Part shown: one piece after another, positions 10,165 to 19,948 of the stretch
Layout of the letters: the number at the start of each line of letters is the position of its first letter
Position numbering within the stretch: the first letter of the stretch is position 1
Assembly: GCA_016930695.1 (NCBI GenBank)
Contig: JAFGGD010000041.1
Coordinates: 1-64,000 of the forward strand
Length of the DNA stretch: 64,000 bases
Reading direction: 5' to 3'
Origin: Candidatus Eiseniibacteriota bacterium
GTDB taxonomy: Bacteria; Orphanbacterota; Orphanbacteria; Orphanbacterales; Orphanbacteraceae
Notes under the pieces: generated by a model
Database searches by the model: none
Told to the model about the DNA's origin: nothing
Seen by the model: the letters and a program-made list of their open reading frames with translations, nothing else
Made by a program: the position numbers and the translations under genes

Positions 10165-10395
10165 ATGCGAATCCGGGTGATCCTGTTGCTCGTGCTTCTC
10201 GCCCTGGCTTTGGTCATTCTCCTGCAGAACACCGCCGTCTGCGCCTTTCACGTTCTCTTCTGGCAGCTGGAGATGTCGCTGATCGTTCTCGTCCTTTTGC
10301 TGCTCTGCATCGGTTTCCTGCTGGGGCTTCTCGTTCCCCCCATCGTCCGCCGCCGATCGCGGAAGGGAGCCCCCCCGAAGGATGCGCGGCCGTGA
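10165..10395 (+). CDS. Small two-TM membrane protein, LapA/DUF1049-like
   Basis: 76 aa, MRIRVILLLVLLALALVILLQNT...LVLLLLCIGFLLGLLVPPIVRRRSRK. RBS aaaggggg. Its TGA overlaps the GTG of corA (gtga). Confidence 0.5.
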   Translation: MRIRVILLLVLLALALVILLQNTAVCAFHVLFWQLEMSLIVLVLLLLCIGFLLGLLVPPIVRRRSRKGAPPKDARP

Positions 10396-11456
10396 GCCGC
10401 CTTTTCCGCCGGACCGCCGAGCGGGCCGCCCTCTCGCCGGGGACCGTCGCCTACCTCGGTGAGAAAAAAGTGGAACGCGTACGGATCCGTACGATCCGGT
10501 ACGACAAGGAGCGGTTCGACGAGAACGACGAGGCGACCCTCGAGGGCGCCCTCGCCGAAGCCGGCGGCGCCGGCATTCTCTGGATCGACGTGATCGGCCT
10601 CCACGACACGGCGGTGCTCGGGGCGATCGGCGAGCGCTACGGCATTCATCCCCTCGTTCTGGAGGACATCGTCAACACCGGGCAGCGCCCCAAAATGGAG
10701 GATCACGGCGACTATATCTACGCGGTTTTCCGCATGTTCTCTTTGGACGAGGGAGAGAGCCGCCTCGGCTCGGAACAGGTCAGCCTTCTGCTCGGGCCGA
10801 ACTGGGTGATCTCCTTTCAGGAACGGGAAGGGGACGTCTTCGGGCCCGTACGGGAGAGGCTCCGTCGCGGAAAGGGGCGTTCCCGCAGTCTGGGAGCCGA
10901 CTATCTCGCCTACGCCCTCCTCGACGCGGCCGTGGACGCCTACTTCGTGGTCCTCGAGGTTTTCGGCGAACGGATCGAGGAGATCGAGGAGAGGCTCGTG
11001 GAGAACCCCGACCCCGAAACGCTGCAGTCCATCCACGAGCTGAAGCGCGAGATGATCCTCCTCCGCCGGGCGACCTTCCCTCTCCGGGAACTCGCGTCGG
11101 CCATGGAGCGAACCGAAACGAAGCTGGTCCGCAAGACCACGGGGATCTTCCTGCGCGACCTCTACGACCACACCGTGCAGGTGGCGGACGGCGTCGAGTC
11201 GCTCCGGGACATCCTGTCGGGGCTGCAGGACCTCTACCTCTCCAGCATGAGCAACCGGATGAACGAAGTGATGAAGGTGTTGACCATTGCGGCGACGATC
11301 TTCGTCCCCCTCACTTTCGTGGCGGGCATCTACGGGATGAATTTCGAGCACATGCCGGAGCTGGGCTGGCGCTGGAGCTATCCGATCTTCTGGGTCGCCG
11401 TCATCCTTCTCGGCGGAGGCATGTTCGCCTGGTTCCGGCGGAAGAGGTGGATTTAG
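10392..11456 (+). CDS. corA: Magnesium/cobalt transporter CorA
   Basis: C-terminal two TM segments with the YGMNFEHMPEL (GMN) motif. 354 aa from the GTG at 10392; the N-terminal part of the 462-aa ORF is low complexity. Confidence 0.9.
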   Translation: MSRLFRRTAERAALSPGTVAYLGEKKVERVRIRTIRYDKERFDENDEATLEGALAEAGGAGILWIDVIGLHDTAVLGAIGERYGIHPLVLEDIVNTGQRPKMEDHGDYIYAVFRMFSLDEGESRLGSEQVSLLLGPNWVISFQEREGDVFGPVRERLRRGKGRSRSLGADYLAYALLDAAVDAYFVVLEVFGERIEEIEERLVENPDPETLQSIHELKREMILLRRATFPLRELASAMERTETKLVRKTTGIFLRDLYDHTVQVADGVESLRDILSGLQDLYLSSMSNRMNEVMKVLTIAATIFVPLTFVAGIYGMNFEHMPELGWRWSYPIFWVAVILLGGGMFAWFRRKRWI

Positions 11457-11545
11457 CCCGGAGCGCCGGTTGACCCGAGCCGTGGGCGACCATTAGGATC
11501 GCTTCGTCCCCCCACACGCCCCGAGACCCCACGGAGGAACGGACC

Positions 11546-13465
11546 GTGCCGCAGGAGACCTTCACACCCTTCGTCCCGCCGGAAAAGCGCATCCCCGAGG
11601 CGACCGCCGTCGCGATCGGGCTCGGCCTGCTCCTCGGGCTGGTGATGACCGCCGCCAACACCTACCTCGGCCTCTACGCCGGGATGACCGTCTCCGCGTC
11701 GATCCCCGCGGCGGTGATCAGCATGGGGATTCTCCGCGGCGTCCTCCGGCGCGGCACCATTCTGGAGAACAACATCGTCCAGACCATCGCCTCGGCGGGC
11801 GAATCGCTCGCGGCGGGGATCATCTTCACCGTTCCCGCGCTCGTGCTGACCGGCTCCTGGCACGGCTTCCGCTATTGGCCGGTGACGATGATCGCGGCGC
11901 TCGGCGGGCTCCTCGGCGTGCTCTTCATGATTCCCCTCCGGCGGGCGCTGATCGTGGAGGAGAAGGAGCTGATCTATCCGGAGGGACTCGCCTGCGCGGA
12001 GGTGCTCGAAGCGGGAGAACGCGGCGGCGGCGGGATGAAGACGGTCTTCGCCGCCATGGGGCTCGGCGTCTTCTTCAAGGTCCTCATCGACGGCGTCTCC
12101 TTCGTGAAGGGGACGGTGGAGGGGGCGCTCCGGATTCGGGATAATTTGGTTTACATGGGAAGTGATATGTCGCCGGCGCTACTCGGCGTCGGTTTCATCG
12201 TCGGCCCCAACGTGGCGGCGTTGGTGTTCCTGGGCGGCGCGGTCGCCTGGCTCGTCGCCATCCCGGTTTACGCGGCGATCCACGGCCTCCCGGCCGGAAT
12301 CGATCTCGTCGAATACGCCAACGACGTTTGGGACACGCAGATCCGCTATCTGGGCGTCGGCGCGATGATCGTCGGCGGCGTCTGGTCGATCGTGAACGTG
12401 CGCCACGGCATCCGGAAAGGGATCGCCGGAGGGCTGGGGGGCGTCGGGATCGGCGGCGGCGGCGTGGAGACGCGGACCGAAAAGAACATTCCCATGCGCG
12501 AGATCGGACTCCTCCTTCTTCTCGTCCTCCCCTTCCTCTTCGGGCTCTACGTGCGGCTCGCCGGAAGCTGGACGGTGGGGATTACGGCGGGGCTGGTGAT
12601 GACGGTCTCCGCCTTCTTCTTCGTCGCCGTGTCGAGCTACATCGTCGGTCTCGTCGGGAGTTCGAACAATCCGGTGTCGGGGATGACGATCTGCACGGTC
12701 CTCTTCGCCTGCGCGGTGATGCTTCTTTTCGGCATGAGCGGCGCCGCGGGGATCGTGGCGGTGCTCGGCATCGCGGGCGTGGTCTGCTGCGCCGTCTGCA
12801 CCGCCGGCGACGTAAGCCAGGATCTCAAGACCGGCTATCTGGTCGGCGCGACACCGTGGAAGCAGCAGTGGTGCCAGGTCGCCGGCGCGATCGTCCCGGC
12901 ATTCATCATCGCGCCCATTCTGACGGTGCTCCACACCGCCTACGGGATCGGCGATCAGCTGCGCGCGCCGCAGGCGACACTCTTCGCCAACCTGACGCAG
13001 ACCGTTTTCGGCGGCGGGCGCCTTCCCTGGGGGATGATCATGAGCGGCGCGGCGATCGGCGTCGTCATCATCGCCGTGGACCTGGCGCTCAAGGCGCGGG
13101 GCGCGCGTTTCCGCGCCCACATCATGCCGGTGGCGGTGGGGATCTATCTCCCCCTCTCCCTCTCCACGCCGATCCTCCTCGGCGGGCTGGTGAGCCTCGC
13201 CGTGGCGCGGCGCGCGGCCGCGCGCGGCGAAGGGGCGGCGGCGCGCGCCCAGAACCGCGGTCTCCTCTTCGCCTCCGGTCTCGTCGCCGGCGAGGCGGTA
13301 ACCGGCGTGCTGCTCGCGACGGCGATCTTCTTCCTCGGCCAGAACACGCTCCCGATCACCGTGGTCGAGTCGAACGCGCTCTCGATCCTTCTCTTTCTCG
13401 GCGTGGCGGCCTTGCTCGCCCGTATCGCCCTGTCGGCCGCGCGAAAAGACGCCGGGGAGGATTGA
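11546..13465 (+). CDS. OPT family oligopeptide transporter
   Basis: 639 aa, ~16 TM, with the OPT hallmark NPVSGM and TGYLVGATP. Confidence 0.9.
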   Translation: MPQETFTPFVPPEKRIPEATAVAIGLGLLLGLVMTAANTYLGLYAGMTVSASIPAAVISMGILRGVLRRGTILENNIVQTIASAGESLAAGIIFTVPALVLTGSWHGFRYWPVTMIAALGGLLGVLFMIPLRRALIVEEKELIYPEGLACAEVLEAGERGGGGMKTVFAAMGLGVFFKVLIDGVSFVKGTVEGALRIRDNLVYMGSDMSPALLGVGFIVGPNVAALVFLGGAVAWLVAIPVYAAIHGLPAGIDLVEYANDVWDTQIRYLGVGAMIVGGVWSIVNVRHGIRKGIAGGLGGVGIGGGGVETRTEKNIPMREIGLLLLLVLPFLFGLYVRLAGSWTVGITAGLVMTVSAFFFVAVSSYIVGLVGSSNNPVSGMTICTVLFACAVMLLFGMSGAAGIVAVLGIAGVVCCAVCTAGDVSQDLKTGYLVGATPWKQQWCQVAGAIVPAFIIAPILTVLHTAYGIGDQLRAPQATLFANLTQTVFGGGRLPWGMIMSGAAIGVVIIAVDLALKARGARFRAHIMPVAVGIYLPLSLSTPILLGGLVSLAVARRAAARGEGAAARAQNRGLLFASGLVAGEAVTGVLLATAIFFLGQNTLPITVVESNALSILLFLGVAALLARIALSAARKDAGED

Positions 13466-13591
13466 CGAAGGCGCCTTGCCCGCCGGGCTTTCTTTCCGTA
13501 TGCTCGGAGCGATCCGCGCCCTCCCGGCCGGCGCGGCCGGGAATGACGTATCCCATCGCCCCTATTCGACCCCACGGAGGGTTTTTCTTCT

Positions 13592-16348
13592 ATGCGGCTT
13601 CGTTTGCTGGCTTTTCTGTCGATCCTTATCGCCGCGCCCGCGTCGGGAGAGACGGGGCTCCTGAAAACCGTGCGGGATGCGCGGGAGGCGTTGGTCGCCC
13701 GAGCGGAAAGGGACTCCGCCGGGACGTGGGAGCGCGCCCGGTCGCTCATCGACGCGGGCCGAAGAGAAGAGGCCGCGACGTGGATCGCAGCCCACGCGCC
13801 GGCGACCCGGAAAGACGAGATGGAGAGAGCGCTTCTCCTCGCCCGGCTCGCCCTGGGGCGGCACGATTTCGGAGAGGCCCGCGCGCGGATCGAGGAAGCG
13901 GAAGGGATCGATCCGTCTTGGGGAGAGGCTTTCCTCCTCCGCCTGGAGATCCTGGAGGCGACCGAGGACTGGGAGGCGGTCGATTCTGCGACCACGGCCC
14001 GCCTGAAGAGGCTCCCCGGCGGCGCGGCGGCGCGGATCGGCCGGGGCGACCTCCGTCTCGCCCTTCATGAACTGAATCGAGCGGAGGAGGAGTACGAGGA
14101 GGCGCTCGCCGTAGCCCGCCGGCCGGAAGAAGGGGTCGCCGCTCTCGCCGGACTGATGCGGGTCGCCTACGGAAGAAACGACTTCGACGAAGCGCTCGAT
14201 CTGGCGAAACGGACGCTGGAGGCGGGCTCCCCGTCCCCCGCGTGCTTGGAGGAGGCGGTTCGCGTGCTCGTCCGTCTCGGCGAGACGGGCGAGGCGATCG
14301 CCCTCGCCGAGGAGACCCTTCTCTGGAATCCATGGAGCGAGAAGGCGCACTACTTCTTGGGCAACGGTTACGCGCGCCTGAACTACACCGACCTCGAAGC
14401 GTCGCGCCCGGAGGCGTTCCCCGACCCGGCGGCGCGCGCCTCCCTCGACTCGATCCGCGCGCAACTCGCCTCCGGCGAGAAGGACCGGGCGCGCGGGCGG
14501 CTGATCGCTTTCCGCGCGAACCACCCCGAGCTCGCCGAGCCGGAGATCCTCCTCGGCTCGCTCTTCTGGGAAGAGGGAGAGCCGGATTCGGCGATCGCCC
14601 GGTTCGCGGCGGCGCTGGAACGCTGCCCGGAGCACGGCCGCGCCCACAACGGCTTCGCCAAGGCGATGGAGTGGAAACGCCTCCGGGCGAATCCCGGGCG
14701 GGACGCCTACGAGAGAGAGTTCGCCGAGACGCCGGAGCCGGAGATTCCCGGCATCGATTCTTTTGTCGTGAATTATGAGTCCCTGTCGCCGCGGCACCGG
14801 AAGAGGGTCGCCCTGAGCGTCGCGCCCTGGGCGCGTTTCGTTCCCGTGCTCGCCGAGGCGGGGGCTACTTTTTACGTCAAGCCTCTCTATGAAAAGCTCT
14901 CCGAGGCGCCCCGGCAGGCGGTTCTCCGGGATCGCCGCATCGAGTACGACTCGCGCCTGTGGGACGACGTGCGGGGTTGCGGCGGGTTTCACACCGTCAC
15001 CGGGTTGGAGGACGTGGAAAGGAACGTCTTCGGAAAGTACAACACGGTGCTGCACGAGCTGACCCACCAGGTGCACCACGTGCTGACGCCGGAGGAGAAA
15101 CGGCGAATCGAGGAGGCCTACCGTCGGGCGAAGGAGCGCGAGGCGGCCGGGGAACGGGTCTTCGTGTCCCGCTATCAGGGATCGAGCGTGTGGGAGTATT
15201 TCGCCGAGGGGATGAACTCTCTCGCCAGCCCGCGGCGGGACCGTTACGACACGCGGGAGATTTTGCGGGAGCGTTTGGAGGAGATGGACCCGGAGCTGAC
15301 GGCGCTCATCGCGGGGATCGCGGCGGATACGGCGATCGCGCGTTACCGCGTCCCGGCGCTGACCGCCGCCGCCTACGACCGGCTGGAGTCGGGGCTCGCG
15401 GGTGAGGCGCTCCCCCTCCTCGAGAAGGCGCTCGCCCGCTCACCGAAGGACGAGACGGCGCTCTCGGCCCTCGCCTACACCCGCTCCGTGACCGGCGATC
15501 CGGAGGGGGCGGAAAAGGCGGCGATGGACGCGACACGCGCCCACGGCGGTTCGGCGGGTCCCTGGCTCGAGCAGGCGCGGGCCGTCTTTCTCAAGACCGG
15601 TTCCTGGTCGGAGAGGATCGCCGTGCTCCTCCGCGCCCGCGAAAAAGTGGATCGGGACCAAAAGGCGAGGATCGAATCGGCGCTCGGCCGGGCGTATCTC
15701 GGCCGGGGCGATCTCCGAAAAGCGCAGGAGTCGTTCCGGTGGGTGCTCGAATACCGGCGTGACGACCCGGAGGCTCTCTGGGGGGCGGGCGAGGCGCACG
15801 GTCTCGCCGGCGACGAGGAAGAGGCGGATCGTTTCTTCGGGCGCGCATTGCTCGGCCGCAACGGGATCGCGGAGCTGCGCGCCGATTACGCGCGCTTTCT
15901 CATTCGCGAGGGGCGCTTCGACGAGGCGGAGACGCAAATCGAAGAGGCGCGTCTTTTGGAGCCGACGAACTCCGACGCGGCGGCGGCGGCCGGGCTTCTG
16001 GCGATCTACCTCGGCGATTGGGAGGAGGCGCGCCGCCTTTTGGAGGAGGCGGCCGGCCGGAAACCGCAGGACGACCTGATCCGGATTCTTCTCGGCCACA
16101 CGCTGGTCGCCGAGGGGGAGGCCGTTCGTGCCGAGAGCCTGCTCGCGCCGATCCTCTCGGGAGTGGAGCGCTCCGTGCCGCCCCTTTACGTGTTCATCGA
16201 GGAACGCGGGGAATACGAAGAGACGCACACCTATCCGGCCGAGGAAAGGTGGCTTCTGTATCGCACCGCCGCCGAAATGGCCGAGGCGAGAGGGGACGGC
16301 GTCGCGGCCGCGGAATACAGGCGCGAGACGGAGCAGGTTTTCCGCTGA
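13592..16348 (+). CDS. Exported TPR-repeat protein with an embedded HExxH (LHELTHQVHH) zincin-like motif
   Basis: Signal peptide MRLRLLAFLSILIAAPASG with GGAGGG RBS. Multiple TPR-like helical repeats flank a central segment containing HELTHQVHH. Confidence 0.8.
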   Translation: MRLRLLAFLSILIAAPASGETGLLKTVRDAREALVARAERDSAGTWERARSLIDAGRREEAATWIAAHAPATRKDEMERALLLARLALGRHDFGEARARIEEAEGIDPSWGEAFLLRLEILEATEDWEAVDSATTARLKRLPGGAAARIGRGDLRLALHELNRAEEEYEEALAVARRPEEGVAALAGLMRVAYGRNDFDEALDLAKRTLEAGSPSPACLEEAVRVLVRLGETGEAIALAEETLLWNPWSEKAHYFLGNGYARLNYTDLEASRPEAFPDPAARASLDSIRAQLASGEKDRARGRLIAFRANHPELAEPEILLGSLFWEEGEPDSAIARFAAALERCPEHGRAHNGFAKAMEWKRLRANPGRDAYEREFAETPEPEIPGIDSFVVNYESLSPRHRKRVALSVAPWARFVPVLAEAGATFYVKPLYEKLSEAPRQAVLRDRRIEYDSRLWDDVRGCGGFHTVTGLEDVERNVFGKYNTVLHELTHQVHHVLTPEEKRRIEEAYRRAKEREAAGERVFVSRYQGSSVWEYFAEGMNSLASPRRDRYDTREILRERLEEMDPELTALIAGIAADTAIARYRVPALTAAAYDRLESGLAGEALPLLEKALARSPKDETALSALAYTRSVTGDPEGAEKAAMDATRAHGGSAGPWLEQARAVFLKTGSWSERIAVLLRAREKVDRDQKARIESALGRAYLGRGDLRKAQESFRWVLEYRRDDPEALWGAGEAHGLAGDEEEADRFFGRALLGRNGIAELRADYARFLIREGRFDEAETQIEEARLLEPTNSDAAAAAGLLAIYLGDWEEARRLLEEAAGRKPQDDLIRILLGHTLVAEGEAVRAESLLAPILSGVERSVPPLYVFIEERGEYEETHTYPAEERWLLYRTAAEMAEARGDGVAAAEYRRETEQVFR

Positions 16349-16420
16349 CGCCGCCCGACCGTGGTGGATGACCGCCGAGAGCCGCCGTGGGATAATCGGA
16401 GTTACGGGAGGACCGACGAT

Positions 16421-17116
16421 ATGCGATTGCGCGCGACGCTCGCCCTGCTGCTCATCGCCTCCACCGCATCGGCCCATAGCCTATGGATCGACCGGGAGGG
16501 GGATTTCCTCGTTCTCCGGAGCGGACACTTCCACTCCGGCGAAGAAGCGGATCTGCAAGAGTACGGCCCCGGTTTCGTGCGCGAGGCGCTCTGCTTGGAC
16601 GGCGACGGAGCGGCGGACACGCTGGAACTCACCGGCGAGACCCCCTTCCGGTCGCCCGGCTCCTGCGCGGCCGTGACGGTGTTCGCCTCCTCCGGATACT
16701 GGACCAAGACCCCTTACGGCACCAAGAACCTCCCCAAGGACGAGGTCGAGATGCCGATCCGGAGCGGGCTCTATTTTTCCTACGTGAAACGGATCGAGCG
16801 TTGGAGCCCGGCGATGGGCCGCCCCCTCACGAGATGGTTGGAGATCGTCCCCCTCGACGATCCGACCGCTCTCCGATCGGGAGACTCGCTCGGCGCACGG
16901 GTCGTCCTTGACGGGAAGCCGCTGGCGGGCCTGGAGGTTCGCTCCGGAGGAGAGAGGATCGGCGCGACCGACGCCGAGGGCCGGATCACGATCCCTCTGG
17001 CCTTTCCCGGCATATGCCTCATCGAAACGGAGCACGTCGAGCCGGTGGAGTCGGAGAAGACGGACAAGGTCGTGCGCGCCGCGACGCTCGTCGTCGTCGT
17101 CGGAGAGACGCCGTGA
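16421..17116 (+). CDS. Periplasmic Ni/Co uptake component, NikK/DUF4198-like
   Basis: Signal peptide ending ASAHSLWIDREGD, with His directly after the cleavage site as in DUF4198 proteins. Sits immediately upstream of cbiMQO. RBS gggagg. Confidence 0.6.
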   Translation: MRLRATLALLLIASTASAHSLWIDREGDFLVLRSGHFHSGEEADLQEYGPGFVREALCLDGDGAADTLELTGETPFRSPGSCAAVTVFASSGYWTKTPYGTKNLPKDEVEMPIRSGLYFSYVKRIERWSPAMGRPLTRWLEIVPLDDPTALRSGDSLGARVVLDGKPLAGLEVRSGGERIGATDAEGRITIPLAFPGICLIETEHVEPVESEKTDKVVRAATLVVVVGETP

Positions 17117-17550
17117 ACGCGCGGCATATCCTCGTCGCGCTCTTTCTCGCCGCCGCGTTTCCGGCGGCCGCCCACGAGGTCCTACACGAGGAGACCACCG
17201 GCGACGCCACGATCGTCCGTTTCCATTACGCCGATGGGACCCCCTTCTCCTACGAGAGCTACGAGGTTTATCGCGCCGGCGAGAGGATTCCCTATCAGAC
17301 CGGATTCACCGACGCGGAGGGAAGGGTCGTCTTTCTCCCCGATCGCGAGGGGGAGTGGCGCGTCCGCGTCTTTTCCGAGGACGGACACGGGGGAGAGATG
17401 ACGCTGACCGCCGGAGGAGGAGAGGCGCCGCGCGCCGGCCGGCCCGCCGTCGACCGCTACGCCCGGCTCCTGGCCGGTCTCGGTTTCCTCTTCGGACTTT
17501 TCGGTCTCATCTCCCTTTTCTACCGCGGACGGTCCGCCCGGAGAGGGTGA
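17113..17550 (+). CDS. Small membrane-anchored additional component (NikL-like) of the Ni/Co ECF transporter
   Basis: GTG overlapping the upstream stop (gtga). Signal peptide then AAAHEVLHEE and a C-terminal TM anchor LLAGLGFLFGLFGLISLFY. Confidence 0.45.
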   Translation: MNARHILVALFLAAAFPAAAHEVLHEETTGDATIVRFHYADGTPFSYESYEVYRAGERIPYQTGFTDAEGRVVFLPDREGEWRVRVFSEDGHGGEMTLTAGGGEAPRAGRPAVDRYARLLAGLGFLFGLFGLISLFYRGRSARRG

Positions 17551-17579
17551 CCCGGGCGCGGAGGCGAGGTTCCGACGCC

Positions 17580-18227
17580 ATGCACATCCCGGACGGTTTC
17601 ATCGCGCCGCAGATGTATCTGCCGGCCTACGCCGCCGCCGCCGGCCTTTGGACGGTCGGCCTCCGCCGCCTGAAGAGCCGCCTGCGCGAAGAGACCCTGC
17701 CGATTCTCGCCGCCATGACCGGTTTCGCCTTCGTTCTGATGACCATCGCCGTTCCCGTTCCGGGGGGCACCTCGGCCCACGCGTCCGGCGTCGCCCTCCT
17801 GGCGATCCTCTTCGGCGTCTGGACCTGCTTCCTCTCCGTCTCGCTGGTCCTCCTGCTGCAGGCGCTTCTCTTCGGCGCCGGCGGGATCACTTCGCTCCCG
17901 CTGAACGCGCTCGCCCTCGGCCTCGCCGGCGGCGGCGCGGCCTCCCTCCTCTTCCGCGCCCTCTCCCGGAGAAGCGAGAAGGCGGCCCTCATCGCCGCCG
18001 GATGGATCTCGGTGACCGTCCCCGCCCTGCTGCTCGCCATCGTTCTCGGCGCCCAGCCGCGGATCGCCCACGCCGCCGACGGCTCACCCCTCTTCTTCCC
18101 CTTCGGTTTCGCGATCACCATCCCCGCCCTCCTCATCCCCCACGCCCTCGTGGGAATCGGCGAAGGGGTGCTCACGCTTCTGGTCTATCGTCTCGTCGGG
18201 AGGCTTCGCCGCGGGAGAGAGAGATGA
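17580..18227 (+). CDS. cbiM: ECF transporter substrate-capture subunit CbiM/NikM
   Basis: Hallmark N-terminus MHIPDGF and ~6 TM helices. The 439-aa track ORF 16908..18227 is an upstream over-extension. Confidence 0.9.
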   Translation: MHIPDGFIAPQMYLPAYAAAAGLWTVGLRRLKSRLREETLPILAAMTGFAFVLMTIAVPVPGGTSAHASGVALLAILFGVWTCFLSVSLVLLLQALLFGAGGITSLPLNALALGLAGGGAASLLFRALSRRSEKAALIAAGWISVTVPALLLAIVLGAQPRIAHAADGSPLFFPFGFAITIPALLIPHALVGIGEGVLTLLVYRLVGRLRRGRER

Positions 18228-18778
18228 CGCGTGACGGGAGCCTTCTTCTTCTCTACGGGTGCGCCGTGATCGCCGCCACGGTCGTCCACGATCTCCGGGC
18301 GCTCGCGGCGATGCTCGCCCTCGCGGCGATTCTCGCCGGCCGGGACGCGCCCCGTGTCGCCCGCCGCGCTCTCCTCGCGATCCTCCTTTTCAACTCCGTC
18401 GTCACGATTTCCTACGCCTCGCTCTCCCTCTACCGGGGGGATTTCTCCGGACACTACGTGGCGCTCCTCAACCTGCGCGTCTTCCTCGTCACGTTCCTCA
18501 CCTTTTTGATGATCCGACGCGTCAATCCTTTCCGCGCGCTCGGTTTTTCGCGCACGCTGCAGGTACTGCTCACCCTCGCCACCAGCCAGATCATCGGTTT
18601 TCGACGCACCTACGAGGATTTCCGCCTCGCGCTCCGGAGCCGCATGCCGGGGCGGCCCGCCTTCCGCCATCTCGGCCGACACGGCGCCGCCGCCGCCGCT
18701 CATTTCCTCGACAAAGCGATCCACAACGCCGACGAGGTCGGCCTGGCGCTCCGGTCCAGGGGGTTTTTCGATGATTGA
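18224..18778 (+). CDS. cbiQ: ECF transporter T component CbiQ/EcfT
   Basis: 184-aa TM protein. Its ATG overlaps the cbiM stop (atga) and its end overlaps the cbiO start. Confidence 0.75.
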   Translation: MTRDGSLLLLYGCAVIAATVVHDLRALAAMLALAAILAGRDAPRVARRALLAILLFNSVVTISYASLSLYRGDFSGHYVALLNLRVFLVTFLTFLMIRRVNPFRALGFSRTLQVLLTLATSQIIGFRRTYEDFRLALRSRMPGRPAFRHLGRHGAAAAAHFLDKAIHNADEVGLALRSRGFFDD

Positions 18779-19547
18779 AGCGCGCGATTTGCGCTATCGC
18801 TACGACGAAGGCGGGGATGTTCTGGAAGGCGTCGGCTTCCGTATCGGCGCGGGGGAAAAGGTGGTTCTACTGGGCGCCAACTCCTCCGGAAAGAGCACGC
18901 TGTTGAAGATCCTGGACGGGCTGATCTTCCCCGCCGGCGGATCCTATTCGTATAAAGGGAAACCGGTGACGCGGAGCGCGCTCCGGCGGCGGGAGGCGGC
19001 GCGGGCTTTCCGGAAAGAGGTGGCGCTCCTTTTCCAGAACCCGGACGCCATGCTCTTTCACCCGACCGTGTACGACGAGATCGCCTTCGGGCCGCGGCAG
19101 TTCGGCTTGGAGGACGTGGACGGACGGGTCCGCCGGTGGGCGGAGATCCTGGGCGTCGCCGGCCGGCTCGACCGACCCCCCTTCCATCTCTCCGGCGGGG
19201 AAAAACAGAAGGTCTGCCTCGCCGCCATCCTCGCCGTCGATCCGGAGGTTCTCCTGCTCGACGAGCCCACCTCCCACATGGATCCGCGCAGCACCGGGTG
19301 GCTCGTCGACTTTCTCGGCGACTGGAGCGGGACCACCGTGACGACCACCCACAACCTGAGCCTCGCCGCCGAACTGGGCGACCGCACGCTCGTGCTCGGC
19401 GAAGACCACGGCCTGATCTACGACGGAAAGGTCGGCTCTCTTCTCGAGGACAAGGAAAAGCTGCTCGCGGCGAACCTCATGCACGCGCACGACCACCGGC
19501 ATGGGGGAATCTCGCACCGTCATTACCACACGCATGATTGGGACTAG
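18771..19547 (+). CDS. cbiO: ECF transporter ATPase CbiO with His-rich C-terminal tail
   Basis: Walker A GANSSGKST, ABC signature LSGGEKQK, Walker B LLLDEPTSHMD. C-terminus HAHDHRHGGISHRHYHTHDWD. Confidence 0.9.
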   Translation: MIEARDLRYRYDEGGDVLEGVGFRIGAGEKVVLLGANSSGKSTLLKILDGLIFPAGGSYSYKGKPVTRSALRRREAARAFRKEVALLFQNPDAMLFHPTVYDEIAFGPRQFGLEDVDGRVRRWAEILGVAGRLDRPPFHLSGGEKQKVCLAAILAVDPEVLLLDEPTSHMDPRSTGWLVDFLGDWSGTTVTTTHNLSLAAELGDRTLVLGEDHGLIYDGKVGSLLEDKEKLLAANLMHAHDHRHGGISHRHYHTHDWD

Positions 19548-19620
19548 CCCGGACTACGCCGGAAAACCGAAAGAGACGAGAGGTGTCCGGTACCGAAGAA
19601 CGGCCGGAGAGGAAGAGCAC

Positions 19621-19653
19621 AAAAAAAGCCGAGGTCCCGAAGGACCCCGGCGG
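19621..19653 (-). terminator. Rho-independent terminator of rbp (minus strand)
   Basis: On the minus strand, hairpin ccggggtccttcgggacctcgg followed by cttttttt, directly downstream of the rbp stop. Confidence 0.6.
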
Positions 19654-19672
19654 AAGTTCGACCGATGAAGGA

Positions 19673-19948
19673 TCAGTAGCCGCCGCCGCCGAACCCGCGG
19701 TCGCCGCGCGGCCGGGCGGCGCTCACTCGGAGATTCCGGCCGCCCATATCGGTGCCGTCCAAGGCCGCGATCGCCTTGTCCGCGTCCGCGTCGTCCATAT
19801 CCACGAACCCGAAGCCTCGGGGACGACCGGTCTCACGATCGGTAATCAGTTTGACCGACAGGACCGATCCGTGCTGTGAGAACAGGTCCCGGACCTCTTC
19901 TTCCGTGGCGCCGAAGGGAAGATTTCCGACATAGATCGTCTTGGCCAT
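19673..19948 (-). CDS. rbp: RRM-type RNA-binding protein with glycine-rich tail
   Basis: MAKTIYVGNLPF (RNP2) and RGFGFVDM (RNP1), with a C-terminal RGDRGFGGGGY. RBS GGAGACGG. Confidence 0.85.
   Translation of the reverse strand: MAKTIYVGNLPFGATEEEVRDLFSQHGSVLSVKLITDRETGRPRGFGFVDMDDADADKAIAALDGTDMGGRNLRVSAARPRGDRGFGGGGY

Noticed and set aside
12328-14070. 580-aa plus-strand ORF spanning the OPT 3' half and the TPR gene start
   Set aside because: Out-of-frame read-through ORF; Arg/Asp/Gly-rich with no domain signal.
16908-18227. 439-aa ORF extending cbiM upstream
   Set aside because: The upstream 220 aa are low complexity and overlap the real nikK/nikL frames. CbiM starts at the hallmark MHIPDGF (17580).
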